52,071 bases of DNA from Candidatus Omnitrophota bacterium. GTDB lineage: Bacteria; Omnitrophota; Omnitrophia; Omnitrophales; Aquincolibacteriaceae. A model generated the notes under the pieces. It did not search any database, had not been told where the DNA came from, and saw only the letters and a list, made by a program, of their open reading frames with translations. The DNA is taken from contig JAYSWD010000062.1 of assembly GCA_043718225.1 (NCBI GenBank), forward strand, positions 1-52,071. The letters are read 5' to 3'. This document shows, in pieces, positions 10,109 to 19,098 of the stretch. The position numbers were made by a program, and so were the translations under genes. Within the stretch, counting starts at the first letter, position 1, and each line of letters opens with the position of its first letter.

Positions 10109-10197
10109 GCTAATGGCCTACGCCTTTGTCATGCTCGTCGTCCATACTTAGCGCAGTATGAACTCCTCGCCTTTCTTGTCTCGGCTCATTATCAATC
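10109..10197 (+). repeat. dispersed spacer module, copy 2 (nuoJ-nuoK spacer)
   Basis: GCTAATGGCCTACGCCTTT... and ...TGTCTCGGCTCATTATCAA match 4000-4090. Confidence 0.5.
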
Positions 10198-10224
10198 CAA
10201 CCCTTTCTCAAGGATGGTCTCAGA

Positions 10225-10536
10225 ATGATTCCTACCCTTTCAGCCGAACACTACTTAGTTTTAGCCGGAATTCTTTTTTCCATCGGGCTTTTCGGGATTT
10301 TACTGCGCCGCAATATTCTTATTATTCTTTTGTGCCTGGAATTGATGCTGAATGCCGCTAATCTGGTTTTGATCACCGCTTCTTCCGTTCACGGTCATAC
10401 AGACGGGCAGATTTTGGCGTTCTTCGTCATGGTCATTGCCGCAGTCGAAGTTACGATCGGGTTGGCAATCGCTGTTTTGCTATTTAAAGAAAAAAACTCC
10501 GTCGATACGGAAGTTATGACAACCCTTAAGGGTTAA
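10225..10536 (+). CDS. nuoK: NADH-quinone oxidoreductase subunit K
   Basis: 103 aa, three TM helices, with the NuoK/ND4L-type sequence LCLELMLNAANL. Confidence 0.88.
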   Translation: MIPTLSAEHYLVLAGILFSIGLFGILLRRNILIILLCLELMLNAANLVLITASSVHGHTDGQILAFFVMVIAAVEVTIGLAIAVLLFKEKNSVDTEVMTTLKG

Positions 10537-10539
10537 AAT

Positions 10540-10638
10540 TTAAAGCTCAAAGCAAAAACCGTAACTTATAGCCTTAAGGCTTTCAGAAAGTTTTAAGTTT
10601 TGAGCTGTGGTTTTGACCTTTGAGTTATAAGCTTTGAG
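10540..10638. repeat. CTCAAAG-word palindromic element
   Basis: Left arm TTTAAAGCTCAAAGCAAAAACCGTAACTTATAGCC. Right arm GTTTTGAGCTGTGGTTTTGACCTTTGAGTTATAAGCTTTGAG, whose reverse complement (CTCAAAGGTCAAAACCACAGCTCAAAAC) nearly matches 19010-19037. Confidence 0.65.
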
Positions 10639-10645
10639 TTATTTT

Positions 10646-12562
10646 ATGTTGAATCTTTGTTGGTATATTTTGGGATTACCGCTCGCGGCCGCGGCAATTA
10701 TTTTTCTGCTCATTATTCCCGCGGAAAAAGCGTCCCACGTAAATAAAAACTTCTTCCGCCTGGCTTCGGCCTGGTTGTCGATTCTTTCGATTGTTTCCGC
10801 TTTTGCTCTCAGTTTAATTCTGCTGCAGAATTTCCGCAGCGCTGAAAATCACAGCGCTGTCTTTGAAACTTCCTTAACATGGATGACTTTGCCGCAGTTT
10901 CGAATTGAGATCGGCTTGCTGTTTAATAACTTGTCCCTTTTGATGCTTCTAATCGTAACGGGCGTTTCATCCGTCGTCGCGATCTTTTCATCCCGGTACA
11001 TGCAGGGCGAAGAAGGCTATTCCCGTTATTTCGCGGCGCTTTCTTTTTTTGCCTTTTCGATGCTGGGCATCGTGCTTTCAAATAATTTGATTCAGCTTTT
11101 CATTTTCTGGGAATTGGTCGGCGTTGCTTCTTATCTTTTGATCGGGTTCTGGTTTGAAAAGCCGTCCGCGAGCCTTGCCTCCAAAAAAGCTTTTTTAACG
11201 ACGCGCATCGGCGATGTCGGCATGATGCTCGGCATATTGCTTTTATTCGGACTGCTAATCAAAAACGACATGGGCACTTTTAATTTTCTTGAACTGGAAA
11301 CCAAACTAAATCAAACCTCATTGCCCGCGGGGTTGTTAACGCTTGCTTGCATCGGTATCTTTTTCGGAGCCATAGGCAAATCAGCGCAGGTGCCTTTGCA
11401 TGTTTGGCTTCCTGACGCGATGGAAGGCCCGACTCCCGCAAGCGCGTTGATTCACGCCGCAACCATGGTCGCGGCGGGCATTTTTATGATCGCTCGGCTT
11501 TTCTTTTTATTTGAAATGAGCCCCGTAACCCTGCAATTGATCGCCTGGACCGGCATTACTACGGCTTTTATCGCCGCGTCGATTGCCGTGGTTCAAAACG
11601 ATATTAAAAAGGTGCTCGCCTACTCCACGCTTTCCCAATTGGGATATATGGTCATGGCATTAGGACTTGGAAGCCCCGAAGCGGGCATGTTTCACTTAAC
11701 AACGCATGCTTTCTTTAAGGCTCTGCTCTTTCTTGGCGCCGGAAGCTTGATTCACGCTTTACATACTCAAGATATATGGGCAATGTCCACACAGTCACAA
11801 CGCAGCGGACTTTTTAGAATCATGCCTATTACCGCGCTTACTTTCCTAATCGGCACCGCGGCGCTGGCGGGCATACCTTATACAAGCGGATTTTTTAGCA
11901 AAGAAGAAATCCTGAGCGCGGCTTCTGCCGGTCCCAAAATCATGTTTGGAATGGCGCTTGCGGTTATTCTGCTTACAGCTTTTTATATGGGCCGTGTGGT
12001 GACAGTGGTTTTCTTTTCGGCGGTTGGGTCGAAGACCCAGAGGCATGACGATACACCGCATGAAGATAATCTGCTTGTGACTTTGCCGCTTATTATCCTG
12101 GCTGTTTTTTCTTTGATCGCGGGGTATCTTCCCTTTAAATCATTTTTAGAAAACCACGCCACTCATTCCGCAGGCCATCCGTCCTGGCTCGCTGCTGTTT
12201 CGGTGGGATTGGCCTGCTTCGGACTCCTTTTAAGTTTTATTTTTTACCGTAAGAAAACCACGGAAACGCATTTGCCGGTTATGTTGGGTTTTGTGAAGCT
12301 GCTCAAAGAAAAATATTTCTTTGACCGTTTTTATGACTGGCTGATTATTCATATTCAGGAGAACATCGCCCGCGCGGCGGATACTTTTGACCGTGTCGTT
12401 ATTGACCGGGGCGGAAATCAAGGGCTGGGCAGCCTCACGCAAGTCCTCGGTAAAACCGCGCGCAAACTGCAAAACGGTTGGATTCAAAGTTATGCGCTTG
12501 TTTTTGTGATCGGTTTTACGGCGCTTGTTATTTATCTTATTTTCAATGGTGCGCGCGTATGA
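10646..12562 (+). CDS. nuoL: NADH-quinone oxidoreductase subunit L
   Basis: About 638 aa, antiporter-like subunit (FWELVGVASYLLIGFW, SAQVPLHVWLPDAMEGPTP). First ATG at 10646. The track ORF opens at a TTG at 10634, inside the repeat. Confidence 0.92.
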   Translation: MLNLCWYILGLPLAAAAIIFLLIIPAEKASHVNKNFFRLASAWLSILSIVSAFALSLILLQNFRSAENHSAVFETSLTWMTLPQFRIEIGLLFNNLSLLMLLIVTGVSSVVAIFSSRYMQGEEGYSRYFAALSFFAFSMLGIVLSNNLIQLFIFWELVGVASYLLIGFWFEKPSASLASKKAFLTTRIGDVGMMLGILLLFGLLIKNDMGTFNFLELETKLNQTSLPAGLLTLACIGIFFGAIGKSAQVPLHVWLPDAMEGPTPASALIHAATMVAAGIFMIARLFFLFEMSPVTLQLIAWTGITTAFIAASIAVVQNDIKKVLAYSTLSQLGYMVMALGLGSPEAGMFHLTTHAFFKALLFLGAGSLIHALHTQDIWAMSTQSQRSGLFRIMPITALTFLIGTAALAGIPYTSGFFSKEEILSAASAGPKIMFGMALAVILLTAFYMGRVVTVVFFSAVGSKTQRHDDTPHEDNLLVTLPLIILAVFSLIAGYLPFKSFLENHATHSAGHPSWLAAVSVGLACFGLLLSFIFYRKKTTETHLPVMLGFVKLLKEKYFFDRFYDWLIIHIQENIARAADTFDRVVIDRGGNQGLGSLTQVLGKTARKLQNGWIQSYALVFVIGFTALVIYLIFNGARV

Positions 12563-14073
12563 TTCTCGCATTACCTTTCATTCCTTATTTGGCGGCATTG
12601 CTAATTCTTTTTATGCCCGCAGCTCATGGAAAATGGCTGCGCCCGCTTGCGATCGGCGCAACCGGCTTGTGTTTATTAATCGTGCTTTTTCTGACTCAAA
12701 ATTTTGATCGCGCGTTTCAAGGCTTTCAATTTGTTCATAGCTGGGATTGCTTCGCTGAAATGGGCATTCGCTATCAAGTCGGGCTTGACGGCATTAATCT
12801 CATTTTTTGTTTATTGCTCGCGTTTGTGGCTTTCGCCGGCGCTTTTATCGCGGGAAAAACTAAAGACCGCCTTAAAGAATACCTTTTCTATTATCTGCTT
12901 TTGACCGGCAGCATGTTCGCCGTTTTCACCGTGCTGAATGTTTTTTTTCTGTATGTTTTTTATGAAATGACTTTGATTCCGGTTTTCGCGATGATTGGGC
13001 TGCATCGTTTTGCCTCTGAGCCTTCGGCTCAACCGGGCGGTCTTCCTTCCAAGCAAGAGGCAGGGGCAATGAAGCTCGCACTTTATATGACCGCGGGCGC
13101 GATGCTAGGACTTTTCGCAATATTCACTCTCTATAATATGCTCGGGCCCGATTTTCTGGATCTTACAAAATCAAAAGCTCTCGCGGCTTCTCACGCGGCA
13201 TTGTTGACGCCTGAAACTCAGAAATGGCTGGCCGCGCTTTTGATCGTAGGCTTTGGCATCATGACATCACTTTGGCCTTTCCACAGCTGGTCGCCTTCCG
13301 CTTATTCAGCCGCTCCCGCTTCGCTTTCGATGGTGCATGCCGGCGTTAAAATAGGTCCCTATTTTTTGATTCGCATCGCACTTGTCTATTTACCGTTAGG
13401 GTTTCAGTTTTGGGCGCCGACGCTGGCAATACTTGCAACCATCGGCCTCATCTATGCCGGCTTCGCTGCCATTCGCCAAAAGAATCTCAATACCATGGCG
13501 GCTTTTTCAAGCATCAGCCATATGGGCTATGTTTTTCTGGCTTTCGCCGCCATGAATCCAACCGCGCTTTCAGCCGGAATTTTGCTTATTTTCGCACATG
13601 GCATCATGACCGCCTGCTTGTTTGGATTGATCGGACATTTAACCGCACAGACCGGCACCGACGGCATTCATGATTTCGGCGGCCTCGGAAAAACGCTGCC
13701 TTTCTTTTCGGTTTGTTTCATGCTGACTTGCATGGCTTCAGCGGGAATTCCCGGTTTCGCTAATTTTCCGGCCGAACTTTTGGTTTTTATCAGTGCCTGG
13801 AAAACTTTTCCTGCCGCGGTTATTTTTGGAGTCTTGGGAGTTTTGATTACCGCCATTTATATGATTCGCGCGGTACAAGCGCTCTGTTTTGGCGTGGCGA
13901 CTCGTTTATCCTCTGCGCCTTCGGCGCAACCGGGAAAAGAATTACGCGACATGATTGGCTTATGGGATAAAGCGCCTTTTCTGGTTCTTTTAGCGATACT
14001 TTTCTTCTTCGGATTTTTTCCATCCGCGCTTTTGTCCATTATTCAACCGGCAGTCGCGAGGCTTTTCATATGA
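12559..14073 (+). CDS. nuoM: NADH-quinone oxidoreductase subunit M
   Basis: Antiporter-like subunit. The ATG at 12559 overlaps the nuoL stop (ATGA). The track ORF extension from 12478 overlaps nuoL. Confidence 0.9.
   Translation: MILALPFIPYLAALLILFMPAAHGKWLRPLAIGATGLCLLIVLFLTQNFDRAFQGFQFVHSWDCFAEMGIRYQVGLDGINLIFCLLLAFVAFAGAFIAGKTKDRLKEYLFYYLLLTGSMFAVFTVLNVFFLYVFYEMTLIPVFAMIGLHRFASEPSAQPGGLPSKQEAGAMKLALYMTAGAMLGLFAIFTLYNMLGPDFLDLTKSKALAASHAALLTPETQKWLAALLIVGFGIMTSLWPFHSWSPSAYSAAPASLSMVHAGVKIGPYFLIRIALVYLPLGFQFWAPTLAILATIGLIYAGFAAIRQKNLNTMAAFSSISHMGYVFLAFAAMNPTALSAGILLIFAHGIMTACLFGLIGHLTAQTGTDGIHDFGGLGKTLPFFSVCFMLTCMASAGIPGFANFPAELLVFISAWKTFPAAVIFGVLGVLITAIYMIRAVQALCFGVATRLSSAPSAQPGKELRDMIGLWDKAPFLVLLAILFFFGFFPSALLSIIQPAVARLFI
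13014..13037 (+). repeat. 24-nt hairpin element in frame in nuoM (copy 1)
   Basis: CTCTGAGCCTTCGGCTCAACCGGG, translated SEPSAQPG. The stem GAGCC/GGCTC shows compensatory changes relative to GCGCC/GGCGC at 13911. Confidence 0.7.
13911..13934 (+). repeat. 24-nt hairpin element in frame in nuoM (copy 2)
   Basis: CTCTGCGCCTTCGGCGCAACCGGG, translated SAPSAQPG. Confidence 0.7.
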
Positions 14074-15509
14074 ACTTAGGCCTCTCTTATTTTATTCCGG
14101 ACTTAATCAGCGTTGGACTGCTGGCTTATTTTCTCTTTGAGGCGGTTTTAACCGCCAAGAAAGACCGCCCTATTTTTAATCAATTAGCGGTCGGCACCGT
14201 GATTTTGGCCGCCGCGCTTTTCTTTTGCTCGCAAAAGTTCGGTACGGGCTTCGGCGGCATGGTTTCCGCCGACCCATTTGCTTTTTATTTCAAAGTTTTT
14301 TTCACGGCTGTTTTCTTTGTTATTACTTTTATGTGCCGCGAGCTGTTTGCGAAAACTTCCGCAAAGCAGCAGGAGTTCGGCCTTATTCTTTGGTGTCCGT
14401 TGGTTGGGCTTTACTTTTTAGCTTCCGCTTCGCATTTGCTGGTGCTCTTTATCGCACTTGAAATACTGACTATGGCACTGTATATGATGGCGACCTACGG
14501 CCGACACTTCTCAGCGGCCCACACCCCGGGCATGTCCTCTGTCGAAGCCGGCCTTAAATATTTACTGCTGGGCTCGATTGCTTCCGGATTTACGATTTTC
14601 GGAATCGCCTTGCTTTACATGCAAACCGGCGCGCTTTCGTTTACGGAAATCGCGGCCGCTAAACAAGTTTTATTCGGCAGCCGGCTGGGGCTGCTTGCTC
14701 TGCTTTTTATTTTCGCGGGTCTGGGATTCAAAATCGCCGTTTTCCCTTTTCAACTTTGGGTTCCGGATGTTTATCAGGGCGCTCCCGCTCCCGTTTCCGC
14801 ATTCATGTCGGTGGCTTCCAAAGCCGCGGGATTTTTACTGATCATCCGTTTTTTCAACCTTCTTTTGGGGCCGTTGGACGAACACTGGAAAATGGCCTTA
14901 GCCGTCATGTCGATCTTAAGTTTGCTTTACGGAAACCTCGGCGCTCTCGCGCAAACTAGTTTTAAACGTCTTATGGGTTACTCAAGCATCGGCCACGCGG
15001 GTTATCTTTTGCTCGCTGTCGCGTCGGGAACCGACATGAGCGGCGCGGCTATTCTTTATTATTTTACGGGTTACGCGGCAAGCACTTTGGCTGTCTTCTA
15101 CGTTATTACTTTGGTGGAGAAAGCCGCCGGCTCAGATTCGACTCAAAACTTTGAAGGCCTTTCGAAAACATCCCCTTTCCTTTCAACGGTGCTTTTCATC
15201 GCCCTGCTGTCTCTGGCGGGAATTCCGCCGCTGGCCGGTTTTATGGGTAAATTTTGGATTTTATTTTTTGGTTTGCAGGCCGGGCTGAATTGGCTCGTCA
15301 TAGCCGGCTTGGCCATGGTAGTTGTGGGGCTTTATTATTATCTTTCGATTGCGGTTAAAATGATTTTCCGCGAACCCCGTTTTAAAACAGAAATTCCGGT
15401 TTCGATTTCATCCCGGCTGATTCTTATCGCACTCACATTTCTATCGCTGAGCATCGGGTTGCTGCAGGCTCCGCTTATGCGCATTGCCGCAACGGCCATT
15501 CGCTCTTAA
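14070..15509 (+). CDS. nuoN: NADH-quinone oxidoreductase subunit N
   Basis: 479 aa, antiporter-like subunit. Its start overlaps the nuoM stop (ATGA). It follows nuoM as in canonical nuo operons. Confidence 0.88.
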   Translation: MNLGLSYFIPDLISVGLLAYFLFEAVLTAKKDRPIFNQLAVGTVILAAALFFCSQKFGTGFGGMVSADPFAFYFKVFFTAVFFVITFMCRELFAKTSAKQQEFGLILWCPLVGLYFLASASHLLVLFIALEILTMALYMMATYGRHFSAAHTPGMSSVEAGLKYLLLGSIASGFTIFGIALLYMQTGALSFTEIAAAKQVLFGSRLGLLALLFIFAGLGFKIAVFPFQLWVPDVYQGAPAPVSAFMSVASKAAGFLLIIRFFNLLLGPLDEHWKMALAVMSILSLLYGNLGALAQTSFKRLMGYSSIGHAGYLLLAVASGTDMSGAAILYYFTGYAASTLAVFYVITLVEKAAGSDSTQNFEGLSKTSPFLSTVLFIALLSLAGIPPLAGFMGKFWILFFGLQAGLNWLVIAGLAMVVVGLYYYLSIAVKMIFREPRFKTEIPVSISSRLILIALTFLSLSIGLLQAPLMRIAATAIRS

Positions 15510-15934
15510 GCCTGCTTCAAAACTTCGAGCAATTTATCCGCTGAAACATAGCCGCTTATTTTTGCGCGTACTTTTCCGTCAGTTTCATAAATTATTAATG
15601 TAGGCAATGCCCAAACATTAAAAGTATTTGTGCGGGCAAGTGTTGTTTTGTCTTCGCGGAAAGACATATCCGCTTTCAAACGATTCCATTTTGCGAGAGC
15701 GCTTATCACGCGTTCATCACGAAATGTGGAAGACCGTAATTGCTGGCATGGACGGCACCATGCGGCATAAAAATAAACAAGTGTCGGCCGGCCGGATTCC
15801 AAGGCGCGTTGCAAGGCGGACTCCTCGAATTTTTCCCAATCAACCTGGGGTCCGGAATCACAACTTGAAAAAGCAAGGACAATGACAAGTCCGGTCAAAA
15901 CTTTTTTGAAGGCGGAATAAATTCGAGGTAGCAT
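15506..15934 (-). CDS. thioredoxin-fold lipoprotein (thiol:disulfide oxidoreductase-like)
   Basis: 142 aa with a lipobox-like signal (LAFSSC) and the FYAAWCRPCQ CxxC motif. Confidence 0.75.
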   Translation of the reverse strand: MLPRIYSAFKKVLTGLVIVLAFSSCDSGPQVDWEKFEESALQRALESGRPTLVYFYAAWCRPCQQLRSSTFRDERVISALAKWNRLKADMSFREDKTTLARTNTFNVWALPTLIIYETDGKVRAKISGYVSADKLLEVLKQA

Positions 15935-16308
15935 CAGCGGTCTTGGTTATTCCAAAACTGTGCGTCACGGACAACGCCGGCTGAATATAAATTTCCGAGC
16001 AGTTCCTGGGAATTTTTAGGAAGAGCCATTACACGCCCGTTCTTAAAAATTATAATCGCGGTTTCAGCGTGCAGAAAATTTCCGACACGGTATTCCCAAA
16101 CTTCATAAGTGTTCATCCCCTCGTTTAAAGCGGTTACATACGTCGGCGGGCCGGACAGAAGATAAACGACCTGCTCCGGGGTATTGCCGGGCTGTACACG
16201 CCGCATTTTCTCATATACATAAACTTGCGTGCCTGCGTCAGGAATCATCGCGCAGCCGAAAAAAACAAAACTTGCGAGTAACACGGCTAAAATAAATTGT
16301 TTTTTCAT
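15934..16308 (-). CDS. lipoprotein, possibly BamE/SmpA-OmlA-like
   Basis: 124 aa with signal plus lipobox (FVFFGC). GNTPEQVVYLLSGPP resembles the BamE fold motif; the functional call is weak. Confidence 0.55.
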   Translation of the reverse strand: MKKQFILAVLLASFVFFGCAMIPDAGTQVYVYEKMRRVQPGNTPEQVVYLLSGPPTYVTALNEGMNTYEVWEYRVGNFLHAETAIIIFKNGRVMALPKNSQELLGNLYSAGVVRDAQFWNNQDR

Positions 16309-16697
16309 GCAATAAGCCGCGAAATAAAAAGCATAAATGCGCCCAGCGTCGTCCCGCAGACCAGGATAATCACAAAACTAACGCGCCTGTCCCAAAGATA
16401 AATAAACGCCCTGCGCCATTGCGGATAAGAAATATAAAAGAAAACAAACTTAGCGGCGCTTAGAGTTAAAATTCCGACGGCGGCATAAGCCACCGGAACA
16501 CCCGTTTGAAAAAAGCAAGTCCAGGCCAGAAAAGCGAGCGTTAGATAAGCCCAGCAAAAAAAAGTCAGCCAAACCGGGCGGTTTTCTGGAAACACTTTTT
16601 CGCCCACCGTTCTTCCCAGCAAAAGAAAACCCGACACGGGCCAGGCAAGAGTAAGGATTCCGGCGGTGAAGATCAGGGCTGACAAAGTCATCTTCAT
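16305..16697 (-). CDS. hypothetical 4-TM membrane protein
   Basis: 130-aa hydrophobic ORF, translationally coupled (4-nt overlap) to the downstream gene. Confidence 0.6.
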   Translation of the reverse strand: MKMTLSALIFTAGILTLAWPVSGFLLLGRTVGEKVFPENRPVWLTFFCWAYLTLAFLAWTCFFQTGVPVAYAAVGILTLSAAKFVFFYISYPQWRRAFIYLWDRRVSFVIILVCGTTLGAFMLFISRLIA

Positions 16698-16761
16698 TTG
16701 AGCATCCCTTCAATGAAAAAGAGGGCCGAGTTAAACCCGGCCCTCTTTTTTTGAATCGAAA

Positions 16762-17256
16762 CTAGGATTGAGCCGGCGTCACCGAGGTGAGCGCGTCCGC
16801 GCTGAGTTCATCCGCGGCTGCATTTTCAGCGGCAACGGCAGCATCCTGTTCAGCAGCGTGCGTGGGTTGCGCGGCAACCGCTTTTTTCTTCGCGCGTCTT
16901 TTCGCTGTTTTTCTCTTAACGCTTTTTTTCTTTACGCTTGTTTTTTTCTTGAGCGATTTTTTAGCTTTTTTCTTAGAGCGGGCTTTTTTCTTGCTGCTCT
17001 TTTTTTTCGGCTTTTTTACTTCGGAAGAGGTGGTGGTTGTCGTGTCGGTCGAGGACACAGCCGGAGTTTCAGTCGTTGTCGTGGTTGTTGTTGTTTCGAT
17101 AGGCGCGGGAGTCGCGTAAGGATCGTTTGAATCGGCCGTTACCGTCGTCAATACGGTGGTGTCGGTGGTCGTGTCCTGCGCGAAAACGGGCGCAGGAACC
17201 GCTAAGGCAAGTACGCCCAAAATAACTGCAAAATTTTTCCAGAACTCACTCTTCAT
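16762..17256 (-). CDS. secreted Thr-rich / Lys-rich low-complexity protein
   Basis: 164 aa. Signal peptide ending PVFAQD, then poly-Thr tracts, then an extremely basic KKPKKKSSKKKARSKKKAKK... block. Confidence 0.6.
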   Translation of the reverse strand: MKSEFWKNFAVILGVLALAVPAPVFAQDTTTDTTVLTTVTADSNDPYATPAPIETTTTTTTTETPAVSSTDTTTTTSSEVKKPKKKSSKKKARSKKKAKKSLKKKTSVKKKSVKRKTAKRRAKKKAVAAQPTHAAEQDAAVAAENAAADELSADALTSVTPAQS

Positions 17257-17304
17257 AATCTCTCCTCAATAAAACGTTGATAATTACAATGGCGGAAGCA
17301 GATA

Positions 17305-17484
17305 GGTCGCATCCGATTTATTTCGAGGCGCGGCACAGCCCTAAGCATTATTTGAAATAACGAGCTCGTTATTTCAATCTTAATGAAGCGCTAGGCCTCG
17401 CCCGATTTTTTTTGAGGCGAGGCACAGCGCAGCGTAATATTTTGAAATAATGAACTCATTATTTCAATTTCACCGAAGCGCTAG
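17305..17484. repeat. tandem duplication of a 90-nt structured unit
   Basis: Unit 1 is 17305-17394; unit 2 is 17395-17484. Both end in ..GAAGCGCTAG. Each carries a long palindrome: TTGAAATAACGAGCTCGTTATTTCAA versus TTGAAATAATGAACTCATTATTTCAA, with a paired C>T / G>A change. Unit 2 also has GCCTCGCC..GGCGAGGC. Confidence 0.7.
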
Positions 17485-17505
17485 TATAAAGATTCAGGAA
17501 ACAAA

Positions 17506-17703
17506 TTAAAGATTTTTTTCGGTTTTTTTGCAGTTTTTGAGCTTTTTCCCGCCTTCTATAATTAAAGATACGGCAATCAGAAAAGCTCCCAAAAAGCCGG
17601 TAAGCGCAAAAATCATCGTCTTCTGAACTCCGCACCAAAGTGCGGCTCCAAAAAGCGCAATTGCCGGAATAAGATACTGCCAAAAATACCGCGAAAAAGT
17701 CAT
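17506..17703 (-). CDS. small 2-TM membrane protein
   Basis: 65-aa hydrophobic ORF that directly abuts the stop of the upstream gene (17704). Confidence 0.5.
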   Translation of the reverse strand: MTFSRYFWQYLIPAIALFGAALWCGVQKTMIFALTGFLGAFLIAVSLIIEGGKKLKNCKKTEKNL

Positions 17704-18069
17704 TCAGGCTGTCGCTTTACGGCAATGCGGGCATTCCAGCATAACTTTGAGAACAGGCTTACGACAATGAGGGCATCGGCGATGGCCCGCGGGCGCGGGG
17801 CCGATATATTTCCAAATCCATTTCGATATAACCCACAAAAGCGAAATCGCTAATGTTCCTAGAATGAAAAGTTTCCAAAAGTTAAGATATCTTTCATCGA
17901 TTTGCAGATGAAATAATTTCTGTGCCAATGTCGGCAAAAACCACGCAACAAATGCCGCCGAAATCCATTTGACGATACGCAGTAAGGGGCGCGTGCTTAA
18001 ATCAATCCAGCCCGCCGCATCAGCGACAAGTAACATCAGCCCCGCAACTAAAAAAGGCATCCACAACAT
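17704..18069 (-). CDS. membrane protein with C-terminal zinc ribbon
   Basis: 121 aa, three hydrophobic helices, C-terminal CPHCRK-x8-CPHCRK. Confidence 0.6.
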   Translation of the reverse strand: MLWMPFLVAGLMLLVADAAGWIDLSTRPLLRIVKWISAAFVAWFLPTLAQKLFHLQIDERYLNFWKLFILGTLAISLLWVISKWIWKYIGPAPAGHRRCPHCRKPVLKVMLECPHCRKATA

Positions 18070-18074
18070 AAAAC

Positions 18075-18123
18075 CTCATCTCAAAGGTTAAAACTCAAAG
18101 ATCAAAGCCATAGATCAAAACCC
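18075..18123 (+). repeat. CTCAAAG-word element (single arm)
   Basis: AAAGGTTAAAACTCAAAGATCAAAGCCATAGATCAAAAC closely parallels 18999-19037 (AAAGGTTAAAGCTCAAAAGTCAAAACCATAACTCAAAAC). Confidence 0.65.
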
Positions 18124-18155
18124 ACAAGCTGCCCCGAATATTGCTCCACTTCAAA

Positions 18156-18548
18156 TTATGCTTTCGCTTTTTTTGAGCTATCTATGCCGACACGAATTAA
18201 TTTTTCGATTATCCAAAGTAAGTAAAGACCTAAAAGGACAAAAAGAGCTGTTTTATGCTTTTCATTATCATAACTGAGCCTCAAATAAACAGGCAAAACT
18301 CCGAGTGCTGTAGTTGCTAATAACCTGTAAAGCATTGGATGTTTCGCTATAAATTTAAAAAACAAGTGCATAACAGCCCCTCTCCCGCCTCCACGAAACA
18401 TAAATCCCTGTGGAATAAATTCATACGCGTCTACGTCGGGACCAACCTCTAACCAGGCAATCAAATTTAAAAAAAGCGCCAATATAAATCCGCCAAATAA
18501 AAGCGCAACAGGATATGTTTCTTTAAAAAATTCAGAATCCATTTGCAA
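18156..18548 (-). CDS. hypothetical membrane protein
   Basis: 130-aa ORF with three or four hydrophobic segments. Overlaps the upstream EVE gene by 17 nt. Confidence 0.55.
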   Translation of the reverse strand: MQMDSEFFKETYPVALLFGGFILALFLNLIAWLEVGPDVDAYEFIPQGFMFRGGGRGAVMHLFFKFIAKHPMLYRLLATTALGVLPVYLRLSYDNEKHKTALFVLLGLYLLWIIEKLIRVGIDSSKKAKA

Positions 18549-18990
18549 CCTCTAAAATTAATTTCCAATGTTTTTCAGAAACAGGCTGAACGGAAAGGCG
18601 GCTGCCTTTTTGTAGAAGCAGCATTCCATCAAGCCCCGGCATTTTTTTCAGTTCGTCCAACGATATAAGCCGTTTGAACTTTTTTACAAAACTTAAATCC
18701 ACAAGATACCAAGTTGGGGTTTCCTGCTTACTCTTTGCATCGAAGTGCACATCTTTCTTATCAAATGCCGTCGCGTCAGGATAAGCTTTCCCGACGACTT
18801 TCGCGATTCCGGCAATGCCTGAGGGTTCGGCGTTCGAATAATAAAAGAAAACGAGATCGCCCGCCTGCATTTGATCACGCATAAAATTACGCGCCTGGTA
18901 ATTGCGCACGCCGTCCCACATGGTTTTGCCGTCGCGGGCAAGGTCATCAATCGAATAAACATCCGGTTCGGATTTCATCAGCCAATACAT
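18532..18990 (-). CDS. EVE (PUA-like) domain protein
   Basis: MYWLMKSEPDVYSIDDL...WDGVRNYQARNFMRD.M..GDLVFFYYS is the canonical EVE/thymocyte-nuclear-protein-1-like N-terminus. 152 aa. Confidence 0.85.
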   Translation of the reverse strand: MYWLMKSEPDVYSIDDLARDGKTMWDGVRNYQARNFMRDQMQAGDLVFFYYSNAEPSGIAGIAKVVGKAYPDATAFDKKDVHFDAKSKQETPTWYLVDLSFVKKFKRLISLDELKKMPGLDGMLLLQKGSRLSVQPVSEKHWKLILEVANGF

Positions 18991-18995
18991 AATAA

Positions 18996-19096
18996 TTTAA
19001 AGGTTAAAGCTCAAAAGTCAAAACCATAACTCAAAACTAAAAATTGTCCGAGCAATTTTGGCCTTTAAGTTATAGTTTTAAGCTTTTACCTTTAAC
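18996..19096. repeat. CTCAAAG-word palindromic element
   Basis: Left arm 18996-19037. Right arm 19060-19096 (GGCCTTTAAGTTATAGTTTTAAGCTTTTACCTTTAAC) is its imperfect inverted complement. Confidence 0.65.
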
Positions 19097-19098
19097 TT

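Noticed and set aside
12478-12558. Upstream extension of the nuoM ORF.
   Set aside because: It overlaps the 3' end of nuoL in another frame. The ATG at 12559 forms the classic ATGA stop/start overlap.
16768-17130. + strand ORFs (120 and 110 aa) opposite the Thr/Lys-rich gene.
   Set aside because: They are poly-Phe/Val/Gly translations of the antisense of a low-complexity gene. The minus-strand ORF has a proper signal peptide.
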